A stretch of 58,206 nucleotides of DNA from an uncultured Lachnospiraceae bacterium (GCA_947366105.1 CANAZK010000001.1:1-58206); one strand, 5' to 3'; shown: positions 19,488-29,777, counted from the first letter of the stretch. Numbers and translations: made by a program. Notes: generated by a model from the sequence alone, not told the origin.

Positions 19488-19937
19488 CTACCGAAGTTTC
19501 TCAAGTGCATTTTTTGTTGAAACAAATTCTTCTATGAATATCTCCTCTTCCTTTTGCCCTTGCTTTTTGTACTCTTCAAACTTCCGTTCCTTAAGTTTCT
19601 CAATAGTAGAAGTTTCTTTCTTAGCTTCAACAACCTCGTTCTTTTTTTCTTCTTCCTTCTGTCTCAGCTCCGCCAATCTTATTTTCTCTCTGCCTATTTT
19701 CAACCGGAGCGCCTCTATATAATTCTCGTATGTACGGATTTCGTTTATCGTTACTCCTTTCCTTCTGCTGGCATCCAGCTCCTTTCCCCATGAATAACGA
19801 TCTTCCTCCAACTGTTCAATTCTCTGCTCACATTCCCGTATGTCCATAAGAATACGTGCGTGCTCGCTTCTCAGATTTTCTAATATCTGCTCTTTATATT
19901 TTAACACAGTATCCAAAGAAAAAAAGAATTTTTTCAT
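19488..19937 (-). CDS. fliJ: Flagellar export protein FliJ
   Basis: MKKFFFSLD.VL..K N-terminus, coiled coil, EKLKE...EE..IEE C-terminus; follows fliI. Confidence 0.92.
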   Translation of the reverse strand: MKKFFFSLDTVLKYKEQILENLRSEHARILMDIRECEQRIEQLEEDRYSWGKELDASRRKGVTINEIRTYENYIEALRLKIGREKIRLAELRQKEEEKKNEVVEAKKETSTIEKLKERKFEEYKKQGQKEEEIFIEEFVSTKNALEKLR

Positions 19938-19955
19938 TTCAACTTCCCCACTTTA

Positions 19956-21257
19956 TCAAGCCAGAATCTGCTTCATCTTTAGAACTGCTTCTTCTACAGA
20001 AAAACTCTCTCCAATCTCCTGCTTTAAAAATTCATTTACTCTGTCAATCTTCGAGATTGCATAATCCAGCTTCGGATTCGTTCCCGGCTTATACGCCCCG
20101 ATTGATATCAGGTCTTCATTCTTGGCATAAATACTGAGGATATCCCGCAGTCTTGACCCAAGATCCTTATGTTCATTGCCGACTATATTTACCATCAAAC
20201 GCGAAATGCTTGCATTCACATCGATTGCCGGAAAATGATTCTCACTGGCAAGCTTTCTGCTCAGTACAATATGCCCGTCCAAAATACCACGGACAGTATC
20301 TGCTATCGGCTCATTAGTATCATCGCCTTCTACCAGCACTGTGTAGATTCCCGTGATGGAACCTCTTTCAAACTTTCCGCTTCTCTCTAAAAGCTTCGGA
20401 AATTCCGCATAAATAGAAGGTGTATATCCTCTTGCAACCGGCGGCTCTCCGATTGCAAGCCCTATCTCACGCTGTGCCATCGCAAACCTTGTAAGGGAAT
20501 CCATCATCAGAAGGACGTCTTTTCCCTGATCTTTAAAATATTCCGCAATAGTTGTAGCTACAAGCGGACACTTCATTCTGAGCATTGCAGGCTGATCTGA
20601 AGTGGCTACAACAAGCACGCTTCTCTTCATTCCTTCCGGTCCCAAATCCTTCTCAATGAATTCTCGAACCTCCCTGCCTCGCTCTCCTACAAGAGCAATT
20701 ACGTTAATATCCGCCTTTACATTTCTCGCTATCATTCCAAGCAGCGTACTCTTTCCGACGCCGCTTCCCGCAAAGATACCGATACGCTGGCCTTTTCCGA
20801 TAGTGTTAAGCCCGTCTATAGCCTTTACTCCCAATTCAAGAGTGTCCGTAATCGGCGGCCGCTCCAGCGGATTGATATAGTTATTTTCTACATAATAATG
20901 ACGATCGGATTCAAATTCTCCCAGCCCGTCCATAGGTTTTCCGGTGGCGTCAATGATTCTGCCTCTGAGGAATTCCCCTACCGGTATTTTCAGCCGCCTT
21001 TTTGTGTTTCTTACAAAACTACCCGCAGCTATACCGCTTATATTATCATACGCCATAAGCTGAATTTTGTCATTTTTAAATCCTACCACTTCTACCGGTA
21101 TCTGCCGGTGTTTCTCTTCATTGTAAATCATGGCAATGTCGCCGATGCTTGCCCTGTTTCCCGATGACTCCATTGCCATCCCGACAACATTCTCCACTTT
21201 TCCGATATAACTGACTGTTTCAGCTTTCTGAATCAGCCCCGGCAGTTTTGAAAACAT
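19956..21257 (-). CDS. fliI: Flagellar export ATPase FliI
   Basis: Walker A AGSGVGKS, GERGREV, LLMMDSLTRFAMAQRE, DGHIVL. Confidence 0.97.
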   Translation of the reverse strand: MFSKLPGLIQKAETVSYIGKVENVVGMAMESSGNRASIGDIAMIYNEEKHRQIPVEVVGFKNDKIQLMAYDNISGIAAGSFVRNTKRRLKIPVGEFLRGRIIDATGKPMDGLGEFESDRHYYVENNYINPLERPPITDTLELGVKAIDGLNTIGKGQRIGIFAGSGVGKSTLLGMIARNVKADINVIALVGERGREVREFIEKDLGPEGMKRSVLVVATSDQPAMLRMKCPLVATTIAEYFKDQGKDVLLMMDSLTRFAMAQREIGLAIGEPPVARGYTPSIYAEFPKLLERSGKFERGSITGIYTVLVEGDDTNEPIADTVRGILDGHIVLSRKLASENHFPAIDVNASISRLMVNIVGNEHKDLGSRLRDILSIYAKNEDLISIGAYKPGTNPKLDYAISKIDRVNEFLKQEIGESFSVEEAVLKMKQILA

Positions 21258-21272
21258 ATTACCTCTCCTTAG

Positions 21273-22034
21273 CTATATTCTCGCGTTGTTAATAATATCC
21301 TTAATATTCTCAAGCTGTGTGCCGACACTGGCATCTACAATCTCATCCGGCAGCTCAATAATACAAGTGCCTTCCTCCTCTTGGTCCAATGTGATAATCT
21401 TAACATTATCGGAAAGTCTTGAAAGCGCTTCCAAAAATTCTGTATCTACTTCCATCGAAACCCCTGTATTGCATTTCGTCACATAGATTTTTGCCCATTG
21501 ACGTTTCTTCATCTTATCTGTTGCAGCCAAAATCATACGTTTCACAATATCGCCGCTGGACTGAATACTGGTTTGAATTATTTTCTCGGCCACACTCAAG
21601 GAAATCTTCTTCAGATCATCAACCGAATTTTCAATGATTTTCTCTTTTTCCCTCGAGATACTCTGAATTACGTCCGCCATATTTCTCTGCAGAGCACGTA
21701 TTTCCTGATCCATAATGACTCGCTGCTCTTCATATGCTTCTTGGAGTCCTTGTTTCCTGCCTTCTTCAAGACCTTCTCTATAGGCTTCATCCCGCAGAAA
21801 CTCTGCCTGTTCTTTGGCTTCTTTTAGAATACGTCTGGCTTCTGCCTCCGCCTCTGCCAAAAGTACTTCAGGAGAACCAATCTCTTCCTCCTCAGGCTCT
21901 TCCTGTTCCTCCTGCCCTTCCGGCACTTCTTTGTCTGCGTTCTGTTCCTTTATTGTAAAGCCGGCAAAAAAATCATACGGCCGTACTTTCTGTTCTTCTT
22001 CCGGCTCTTTCACAATCCTAGACAATGATTTCAT
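21273..22034 (-). CDS. fliH: Flagellar assembly protein FliH
   Basis: AxxxG/GxxxG repeats (AYREGLEEGRKQG); C-terminal GTCIIE..IVDAS..TQL. Confidence 0.9.
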   Translation of the reverse strand: MKSLSRIVKEPEEEQKVRPYDFFAGFTIKEQNADKEVPEGQEEQEEPEEEEIGSPEVLLAEAEAEARRILKEAKEQAEFLRDEAYREGLEEGRKQGLQEAYEEQRVIMDQEIRALQRNMADVIQSISREKEKIIENSVDDLKKISLSVAEKIIQTSIQSSGDIVKRMILAATDKMKKRQWAKIYVTKCNTGVSMEVDTEFLEALSRLSDNVKIITLDQEEEGTCIIELPDEIVDASVGTQLENIKDIINNARI

Positions 22035-23028
22035 CCTTTCCGCCTTTAACTATAATCAACTCTCCCGCCTCTTCCAGTCTTCTAATAACAGCTACAATTC
22101 GCTGCTGTGCTTCTTCTACGTCTCTCAAACGTACATTAACCGTAACTTCAAGATCTGAACGTATACTTTCAGCCATACGTGTAGACACGTTTGCGAATAC
22201 AAGCGATTTGATATTCTCGTCTGAACCTTTGAGAGCGTATACGATATCTTTGATATCACATTCACGGATAAATCTCTGGATAGAACGGTTATCCATAGAA
22301 ACAATATCTTCAAATACGAACATTTTCTTACGAATAACATCTGCCAATTCTTCGTCTTCTTTTCCTAACTCGTCAAAGATATATTTTTCATTTCCTCTAT
22401 CCATATGGTTCATAACATCTGCAATATAATCGATACCACCGATTGTTGTGAAGTCTGATGACGTAAGGATGTTCTCAAACTTCTTCTTCAATGAATTTTC
22501 CACAATCTTAATCGCATCCGGAGACGCACTTTCCATTCTGGCAACACATTCTACAACTTTAATTCTCTTTTCCTTCGGCAGCTCGCTTATAACCGTAGCG
22601 GCCTGATCCGTATCCGCATAAGATAGTACAAGTGCAATTGCCTGCGGTCTCTCATGCTGCAGAAAAGATAATAATGTCTTAGCGTTGCTTTTTCTGATAA
22701 ACTCAAAAGGTCTTGTCTTCAGAGACTTCGAAAGCTTATCAAGAAGAGACTGGGCTGTGGATTCTCCAAAAGCCTTCTCCAAAACGCTCCGGGCATATTC
22801 CATACCGCCGTCTGTTACAACCTTCTGCGTGAGACACGTTTTATAAAATTCATCAAGAACCTCTTCCGTCTCCGCCTGCTTGAGATGTCCAAGCTTGGCA
22901 ACCTCAATCGTCAGCTTTTCAATTTCACTTTCGCTCAGATGCTTATACAGTTTGGAAGCTTTTTCAGCTCCCAAAGACACGATGACTGCCGCCGCTTTCT
23001 GTTCCGGTGATAATACACTATTCTCCAT
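22018..23028 (-). CDS. fliG: Flagellar motor switch protein FliG
   Basis: QKAA, GGMEYA, HERPQ.IA, GGIDY, MFVFED, VEEAQQ.I; probable start at 23028 (ORF track 23043). Confidence 0.96.
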   Translation of the reverse strand: MENSVLSPEQKAAAVIVSLGAEKASKLYKHLSESEIEKLTIEVAKLGHLKQAETEEVLDEFYKTCLTQKVVTDGGMEYARSVLEKAFGESTAQSLLDKLSKSLKTRPFEFIRKSNAKTLLSFLQHERPQAIALVLSYADTDQAATVISELPKEKRIKVVECVARMESASPDAIKIVENSLKKKFENILTSSDFTTIGGIDYIADVMNHMDRGNEKYIFDELGKEDEELADVIRKKMFVFEDIVSMDNRSIQRFIRECDIKDIVYALKGSDENIKSLVFANVSTRMAESIRSDLEVTVNVRLRDVEEAQQRIVAVIRRLEEAGELIIVKGGKDEIIV

Positions 23029-24610
23029 CTCCACCGCCTCCATTCAGCCAGTTTCTTAACAATTGTGCAGATATTTCCGGGTTTTGGTCAGCAAACTCAC
23101 GTATGCTCTTCTTAAGTTCCATACCTCTGTCATTCTGCATTTCCATAATTTCTTTATTCAAATCTAAGACAACTTCTTCTGTTCTTGCTTTTTCTTCCTC
23201 TGCCGCCTGCAGCGCCGCCAGTTCCTCTTCCTCCTCTTTTGCTTTACGTTTCTTTCTAAGCATGAGTAAAATAATAACCGCTATTATAATAAGAACCAGC
23301 ATTATGCCTCCGCCGATTGCAAAGTATGTCGGTCGGATTTTAATATCGTTTCCGGCTTCCACATTATCTTCTTCCTGCGCCGTATAGAAAGGTGCGCTTG
23401 CAACAGAAATTTTAGTTTCCTGATCCTCTGCCGCTATTCCCGACGCGTTGGCAATGAGTCCTCTAAGCTCTGCCTCTCTTAAGCCTCCGAAAGTACTTCC
23501 ATTCACAACTACCGAAACAGTCAGGTCGTCCAACATTCCCGGATCTACTTGTCCCTGCTCCTTTATCTGATTTACAAGATACTCTCTCGACACACTCTCA
23601 CTGGAAGCCTGCGCGCCGTCACCGTCTCCGTCCGTATTGTATACCCCGGTATCTGAGTTAGTCTCCGTTCCCGCCACTCCCGAAGCCCCTCCATTGCTTG
23701 CAGACGATTCTGTATACAAATCTTCTTTGCTTACAATTCCTGCCTTATCTTTCTCATCTATCTTCTCAGGAGTAGAGTAGGTTGTGGACTCACGGATCAG
23801 CTTCTCCATATTGATTTTAGCTCTGGCAGAAACCCGTACGTTTTCTTCTCCGTAGACCGCTTCCAAAACTCTTTCTACTTTCTGCGCAACCTGATTCTCT
23901 ACTATCTGCGCAAGCTCCTCCGCGTCGGAGCTGTCCTTCGCCGTCTCCTCCGTAATAGATACGTCCACTCCGTTGCCGTCAAATACTGCTACGTCTTCCA
24001 TATCCATATTCGGGACACTCTGTGCAATGAGTCGTTGAATTCCCCGTGCCTGCTTCTCTGTCGGAGAACCTCCGTCGTACATTGTAATTACCGCCGTAGC
24101 GCTTGATTTCTCTTTATTCTCATCATTCAATGCATACTTGCTCTGTTCGCCCAGTGCAATCGTTACTTTTGCGTCTTTAACTCCTTCAAACAAACGAATT
24201 GTAGAACCGATACGGTCCTGGAGCTGATACAGCTCATAAAGCTTCTTATCGGAATCTGTTGTCAGCATCCCCGCATTTTCACTGTATGTTTCATATGTAA
24301 ATCCACTCTTTGGATACCCTTCCTGTACAAGCTTCGCTTTTGTTATATCCACAACGTCTTCTTTTACAAGAATCGTAGAATCCCCTTCAACCTTGAAGTC
24401 TATACCTTCTTCTCCGAGTTTTTGTGTAATCTGCTGCGCCTCTTCTGCTCCCAAACCGGAAAACAGCACTTCGTACGGTCGGTTGTTCAATATAAGCGCC
24501 AGTGCAACCGCTCCAATCAAAAGAATTGCCGCGCCGGCAAGAATAATCTTTTTTGTCTTACCGCCAAGCTTTCCAGCAAATTCTTTTATTTGTCCAATTC
24601 TCTCTTTCAT
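23018..24610 (-). CDS. fliF: Flagellar MS-ring protein FliF
   Basis: Two TM helices, Y..LFSGL, I...EGV..A.V, GVAGT.TN, C-terminal NPE..AQLLRNWL. Confidence 0.94.
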   Translation of the reverse strand: MKERIGQIKEFAGKLGGKTKKIILAGAAILLIGAVALALILNNRPYEVLFSGLGAEEAQQITQKLGEEGIDFKVEGDSTILVKEDVVDITKAKLVQEGYPKSGFTYETYSENAGMLTTDSDKKLYELYQLQDRIGSTIRLFEGVKDAKVTIALGEQSKYALNDENKEKSSATAVITMYDGGSPTEKQARGIQRLIAQSVPNMDMEDVAVFDGNGVDVSITEETAKDSSDAEELAQIVENQVAQKVERVLEAVYGEENVRVSARAKINMEKLIRESTTYSTPEKIDEKDKAGIVSKEDLYTESSASNGGASGVAGTETNSDTGVYNTDGDGDGAQASSESVSREYLVNQIKEQGQVDPGMLDDLTVSVVVNGSTFGGLREAELRGLIANASGIAAEDQETKISVASAPFYTAQEEDNVEAGNDIKIRPTYFAIGGGIMLVLIIIAVIILLMLRKKRKAKEEEEELAALQAAEEEKARTEEVVLDLNKEIMEMQNDRGMELKKSIREFADQNPEISAQLLRNWLNGGGGDGE

Positions 24611-24650
24611 ACCTCAAAATCTCCTTATATACGCGCATTATCAACTTATA

Positions 24651-24956
24651 TTAAACGTTGATACGCATTATTTCATTATAAGATTCGAGCGCTGCACTTC
24701 TTAACGAAACTAGCATGTCCGCCGCCAACTGCGCCTGCGCTGCTGCAATAGGTACAGTGTGGGCATCTTCAACCTGACCTGTCGCCAGCAGATACTGCTT
24801 ATTCGCCAAGTCTGCCTCCGTGGTTTTCACATTGTTAATAGCTTCTTTAAAAATATCTTTGAATACGGAATTATTCTGCCCTCCTGTTTTTGTGGTCTTC
24901 TCAACTCCCAGTTCAAAACTTATAGGCTGAATAGGGGTAATAAACATTTCATTCAT
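24651..24956 (-). CDS. fliE: Flagellar hook-basal body protein FliE
   Basis: F.DIF..AI..V...LATG....H...IA...A; C-terminal R...ESYNEIMR. Confidence 0.92.
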   Translation of the reverse strand: MNEMFITPIQPISFELGVEKTTKTGGQNNSVFKDIFKEAINNVKTTEADLANKQYLLATGQVEDAHTVPIAAAQAQLAADMLVSLRSAALESYNEIMRINV

Positions 24957-24983
24957 AACTGCATCTCCTTCTACTGTTTACAT

Positions 24984-25361
24984 TTACTGTCCTTTTATCA
25001 CGGTTCTCAAACGTGTGATATCACTATTAATTGACTGAAGCACATATTGATACTGCAGCGCCGTTCTTGACAATTCCGAATACTCCACATCCAAACTCAC
25101 ATTATTCTGATCTACCCTTGTGGAATCATTTCTTACATATATTTGATAATCTGTTTCCTTAATAGCATTTCTGATGCTTTGGCTGTCCTTTAAATTACTG
25201 GCAGTCTGCAGTTTCTTCTGAAACACTTCCTCAAAGCTGATATATTTTTTCTTATAGTTAGGAGTTTCCGCATTGGCAATATTGCCCATTGTTACTTCCT
25301 GTTTCCTCCAAAGATAATCCAAAGACTTCTCTGACATTAACATCGTATTTCCAAAAATCAT
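24984..25361 (-). CDS. flgB: Flagellar basal-body rod protein FlgB
   Basis: LD....KQEV...NIANAETPNYK; R.D.NNV..D.E...L....LQY. Confidence 0.94.
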   Translation of the reverse strand: MIFGNTMLMSEKSLDYLWRKQEVTMGNIANAETPNYKKKYISFEEVFQKKLQTASNLKDSQSIRNAIKETDYQIYVRNDSTRVDQNNVSLDVEYSELSRTALQYQYVLQSINSDITRLRTVIKGQ

Positions 25362-25365
25362 TTAT

Positions 25366-26112
25366 TTACACCTCTTCTCCATATAACAGGCTCTTTGACG
25401 CCAGCGCCATTCTGCTCTGCATTTGTAATTTCATCATCTCTATATAATAAAGCGCATTTTCTGCCGTAAATGCCGTCTGTATTCCTCTGTCCGTATCGCC
25501 GTCCACTGCATAACTGCGCTCTTGGGAACTGTTCCCGGAATACACCGTCTTATCTACCGTAATGTCCTCATTCATATATCCCTTGACTTTGCGGATATAG
25601 TTCTGTGTTTCCTTGAAAGGAGGCACCCCTCCGTACTTTGCAACGTTGCCGCTCCCTGCATTATATGCCGCAAGCGCCAGCTCAATGTCTCCATTATATT
25701 GTCTTAATTTGTCTGCTATGTACTTAGCGCCGCCCATGATATTGCTTCTTGCATCAAACGGATCCGTCACTCCCAGCCCCTTCGCCGTCGCCGGCATGAG
25801 CTGCATAACTCCCTGCGCACCCGCCGAAGATACCGCATTGGCATCAAATCCTGATTCCGCCTTACCTATCGCTTTCAAAAGCGAAACCGGCACATCATAC
25901 TGCTCTGCCGCCTCCCGGAAAATCGCCTCCATACTTTCAGGCGCCTTAAGCTTACTCGAAGAGTCCTCAAAAGTTTTATAGAATTCTGAAGGTTCTGATA
26001 CTCTCTGCTGATAATAGCCACCCGGCATATATTTAGATAAACTTTGTATATATTGCAGAGTCTGATTCATATAATTGTAATGCTCGTTGTACAATGTATA
26101 GTCCTCTCCCAT
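25366..26112 (-). CDS. Soluble lytic transglycosylase (SLT domain, CwlQ/YjbJ-like), first gene of the flagellar operon
   Basis: AES catalytic motif, AVSSAGAQGVMQLMP.TA, ALAAYNAG, GGVPPFKETQNY; no signal peptide visible; 4 nt from flgB. Confidence 0.92.
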   Translation of the reverse strand: MGEDYTLYNEHYNYMNQTLQYIQSLSKYMPGGYYQQRVSEPSEFYKTFEDSSSKLKAPESMEAIFREAAEQYDVPVSLLKAIGKAESGFDANAVSSAGAQGVMQLMPATAKGLGVTDPFDARSNIMGGAKYIADKLRQYNGDIELALAAYNAGSGNVAKYGGVPPFKETQNYIRKVKGYMNEDITVDKTVYSGNSSQERSYAVDGDTDRGIQTAFTAENALYYIEMMKLQMQSRMALASKSLLYGEEV

Positions 26113-26163
26113 TCTTCCGCTCCTTTATATTTGTTGATTACCAGTATAATATTTCTACATTAA

Positions 26164-26193
26164 TTGACACATAATGACATACTATAATATAGT
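26164..26193 (+). promoter_or_regulatory. Candidate sigmaA promoter toward the MCP gene
   Basis: TTGACA (26164-69) N18 TATAGT (26188-93). Confidence 0.5.
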
Positions 26194-26210
26194 ATGACAT
26201 TTTTCGTCAA
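26181..26210 (-). promoter_or_regulatory. Candidate sigmaA promoter for the flagellar operon
   Basis: Minus strand TTGACG (26210-05) N18 TATAGT (26186-81), about 70 nt upstream of the SLT start. Confidence 0.5.
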
Positions 26211-26371
26211 GAATGTAAACTGGTATTTTTATGTTTTTTTATTTTTTTCGTTTAAAATCGTGTTTTTTTTGCTCTCTGCTTTACATTATAAAATTTTTGT
26301 TATACACTATATGCTAAGATATTAATTTTATAATATAATTCTAAAAATTTAATTATCAGGAGGAAAATGAC

Positions 26372-28156
26372 ATGTTTAAAAATCTAAGAGTGAGGAGCAA
26401 GCTGCTTCTTTCATTCGGTATTGTTATGGGACTTTATATCGTCGCTGTTATTGCCGCCGCAATCGGTCTTGGAAGCGTGTCCAGCGGATTAGAAGATTTC
26501 TATGAAGTACCATACCCAATGGTTGTGTCCGCAAGAGAGGCACAAGCTGCTACAACCAAAATTCAGTTGGATATTTACCGCGCGCATGCGGTGGTAGAGA
26601 CGGACAAAGCAGAAAGCGATGCTATTCTTGCTGAAATAGACGGCGCTGCGAAGACATTATCAGATGCTTTGGAACATTTCCACAATACATATGAGGGAGA
26701 TGCATCGCTGCTTTCGAAGGTAGATGCTGCTTATGAGCAGACAGGCAAAGCAAGAAGCCAAGTTATGGAGCATATAGCTGCTCAGGAAAACGAAGCGGCC
26801 CTTGCCGTTCTCGGCGGCGAATATCAAGAAGCGTGCAACAGTTTCAGAAACGCCCTTGACGAAGTAATCACTGCTGCCGAAGGAAAAGCAGATAATTTCT
26901 ATGAATCAGGCATGACCACAACAAAACTCTGTTATATTATTCTTTTTGCACTTGCGGGAGTCAGCCTTGTGATGACGATTGTTCTTGTATTCTCAATTAC
27001 GAAAGGTCTGACACGTCCTATTTTTGAGATTGAAAATGCAGTTAAGAATATGGCTAAAGGCGATATGCAGTCTACGATTACATATCAGTCAAAAGACGAA
27101 CTTGGCGTCCTTGCCGACAACTTACGTTTTGTACTTACTACGTTGTCTTCTTATGTAAAACATATTTGCGACCGTTTAGATTCTCTTGCAAACGGAGATT
27201 TGAACGTAGAAATGGATATGGACTACCTTGGTGAATTTAAATCCATTAAGGAATCCGGCAATAAAATTATCTTTGCCCTTAATGATACTCTTGGACAGAT
27301 TCAGCAGGCTTCCGATCAGGTTGCAAGCGGTTCAGACCAAGTGTCAAGCGGAGCACAGGCTCTGAGCCAGGGCGCAACGGAGCAGGCAAGCTCTGTTGAG
27401 GAATTGGCAGCTACAATCAACGAGCTTTCAGGACATGTAACCCAAACAGCAAAAAATGCACGTGATATCAACGTATTGATTGACGAAACCGGAAAAGAAG
27501 TAGAGAACAGTAATCGTAAGATGGGAGCCATGATGGAAGCCATGACTAAGATTAACGAAAGTTCTGGACGAATTGAAAAGATTATTAAGACAATTGAAGA
27601 TATAGCATTCCAAACAAATATTCTTGCACTTAATGCTGCCGTTGAAGCTGCCCGCGCCGGCGAAGCCGGAAAAGGATTCGCGGTTGTTGCCGATGAAGTA
27701 AGAAGTCTTGCTTCCAAGAGTGCGGAAGCTGCAAAAGATACTACTGTGCTGATTGGAAATTCCTTAGAAGCCGTTGCTGACGGTAACCAAATTGCAGAAG
27801 CTACGCAGACTTCTCTGATACACGTGGTTGAAAGTGCACAGTACATTGCTGAGAATATGGCTAAGATTACATCCGCTTCTGATTCACAGGCTGAACAAAT
27901 TCAGCAGGTTACAGTCGGAGTCGATCAGATTTCCGCTGTTGTTCAGACAAACTCAGCAACTGCTGAACAAAGCGCTGCAGCAAGTCAGGAACTGTTCAGC
28001 CAGTCAAGCTTACTGAAAGGACTTGTAGGACGTTTCCGTTTAAAAGGAAGTTCAAGTTACACTGCACCGGTTGTTGAACACAGCAGCACAGATGCACCGC
28101 GCAACACTGAAAGCTACACGAATTATACACATATTGATAATAACGCGAAATATTAA
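26372..28156 (+). CDS. Methyl-accepting chemotaxis protein (4-helix-bundle sensor, HAMP, signalling domain)
   Basis: Two TM helices, HAMP (S.DELG.LA), [34 protein letters not shown]; AGGAGG RBS. Confidence 0.96.
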   Translation: MFKNLRVRSKLLLSFGIVMGLYIVAVIAAAIGLGSVSSGLEDFYEVPYPMVVSAREAQAATTKIQLDIYRAHAVVETDKAESDAILAEIDGAAKTLSDALEHFHNTYEGDASLLSKVDAAYEQTGKARSQVMEHIAAQENEAALAVLGGEYQEACNSFRNALDEVITAAEGKADNFYESGMTTTKLCYIILFALAGVSLVMTIVLVFSITKGLTRPIFEIENAVKNMAKGDMQSTITYQSKDELGVLADNLRFVLTTLSSYVKHICDRLDSLANGDLNVEMDMDYLGEFKSIKESGNKIIFALNDTLGQIQQASDQVASGSDQVSSGAQALSQGATEQASSVEELAATINELSGHVTQTAKNARDINVLIDETGKEVENSNRKMGAMMEAMTKINESSGRIEKIIKTIEDIAFQTNILALNAAVEAARAGEAGKGFAVVADEVRSLASKSAEAAKDTTVLIGNSLEAVADGNQIAEATQTSLIHVVESAQYIAENMAKITSASDSQAEQIQQVTVGVDQISAVVQTNSATAEQSAAASQELFSQSSLLKGLVGRFRLKGSSSYTAPVVEHSSTDAPRNTESYTNYTHIDNNAKY

Positions 28157-28160
28157 GCAT

Positions 28161-28207
28161 AAAAGAATGGGAGTGGTAAATCAAGACGATTTATCACTCC
28201 CACTTTT
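28161..28207. terminator. Intrinsic terminator after the MCP gene, probably bidirectional
   Basis: TGGGAGTGGTAAATC-AAGAC-GATTTATCACTCCCA 15-bp stem flanked by AAAAG and CTTTT, between convergent genes. Confidence 0.75.
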
Positions 28208-29727
28208 CATCACAGCTTCATACCTCTTTTCCCCAATCTGTTTCAGCGCTGCCTGTACAGAACTTTCCAAGCTTTTTTCGTCGTCCGAATCGTGTACCTT
28301 AAATTCCATAATGATAGCATCATCCCTTGGATCTTTCGGTTCCAGCATCACATCATATCTTCCAAAGCCGCTTTCCCTGTTGGATGTAATAATATAACGG
28401 TTTTCTAACTCCACAATCAAGCCAAGAACGAACCCATGATAAAATCTTTCCGGTTGGTTATCAACAGACGACATCTTTCCGGTATCAAAAAAACTAAATG
28501 TATTCAACGCAACCCGATTCATATATACATTCATTGCTTTTACATCACCTTGCAGCAATGCCTTGATAAAATCGTTATAGCTTGAAGAAACAGATGCAAA
28601 CCAACCTGCAACTATATTGCGGAACATCACCATGACCTCAAAATTGGTAATTCCAAGTTCATACAACTGCTGCCAACCATTCCCCTGCTGGATATGACAG
28701 GCTTTTACCTTCAGATACCCACTTGCCAAAAGCAGACTCCAAATGGCACTTTCATTGACATCCAGCTGGTCATAGATAATTTACTCACAAGCGTATTGCT
28801 GCTGGTATTTGTCCAATACGGTCCTACTTTCTTTTTATCCAAATAATTAATCACAGACCATGGATTATAAATATCCGTATGTGTACCAAAACAAAATCCG
28901 TCATACCAGCTTCGCACTTCTTCCTTTTTATCGGATAAACCATATTCATCAAGCGCCGCAAATACTTCTTTCTCGGTAAATCCAAAAGTATCTCCATATT
29001 TGTCAGATGTTGTAGTTACAACTTCTAGATTATTCAAATCTGAAAATATAGACTCCTTACTTATCCTTGTGATACCCGTCAGAAGCGCCCGTTCTAAATA
29101 AGGATTATTCTTAAATGTCGCATTTAATATACTTCTGGTAAACGTAACCAGTTCATTCCAATATCCCCCGGCATAAGCCTCTAACATCGGCGTATCATAC
29201 TCATCAAGTAATATAATAACTTTCTGATTATAATATTCCGCCAAATAACCTGATAATCTTCTTAAAGCAATAGAAGCCTGCGAATCCTCAATTGCTGCAG
29301 AAACTTTATAAAAATATTCCTTCTCACGTTCATTTAACAGATCACCCTCGGCAAGAAAATCATAATGATTATATAAATCCACAATGGTTTCACATATCTT
29401 ATTTCTCACCTGTTGATAAGAATTCTCTTTGATATCTGAAAAACTCAGTTTTATCACCGGAAACGTTCCCTGCAGTTTCCGGTATTCTTCCTTCTCCCAA
29501 ATAGACAGATTTTCAAATAATGTACTGCCCTTACTTTCTACTGAGAAGAAATGTTCCACCATACTCATGGTCAGCGTTTTACCAAAACGTCTCGGACGAG
29601 TTATTAAAGTAACCTCATCCTGCGTCTCCCACCACTCTTCTATGAATTTCGTTTTATCAATATAAAAAGCGTCTGTTTTCCGTACTTTTTCAAAGTTCTG
29701 CAAGCCAATACTAACTGTTTTAGGTAT
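28181..29727 (-). pseudogene. AAA-ATPase-like + PD-(D/E)XK nuclease (PF09820/PF08011 type) pseudogene
   Basis: RPRRFGKT, LLDEYDTP, YNPWS, ERFYHG, SNRESGFGRYD, IIMEFK motifs; ATA at the expected start (29725-27); frameshifting deletion near 28775; C-terminus runs into the terminator. Confidence 0.85.
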
Positions 29728-29777
29728 ATAAACACCTTACTGTTCTCTCGCAATCAATTTAGGGGATTCTTCTGATT

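Noticed and set aside
26164-26188. Perfect TTGACA and TATAAT pair
   Set aside because: Spacer is only 13 nt; the 18-nt TATAGT pairing is more plausible
26113-26371. C. difficile-style c-di-GMP riboswitch or invertible flagellar switch upstream of the operon
   Set aside because: Leader is short and AT-rich, no riboswitch consensus recognised, and no recombinase in the window; only the promoter palindrome is supported
26220-26371. Sigma28 promoter expected upstream of the MCP gene
   Set aside because: No TAAA-N15/16-GCCGATA-like match found by eye
28181-29703. Two separate genes (330 aa and 182 aa) or a programmed frameshift
   Set aside because: The halves belong to one family member with missing internal sequence, a lost start and a lost C-terminus, which fits decay
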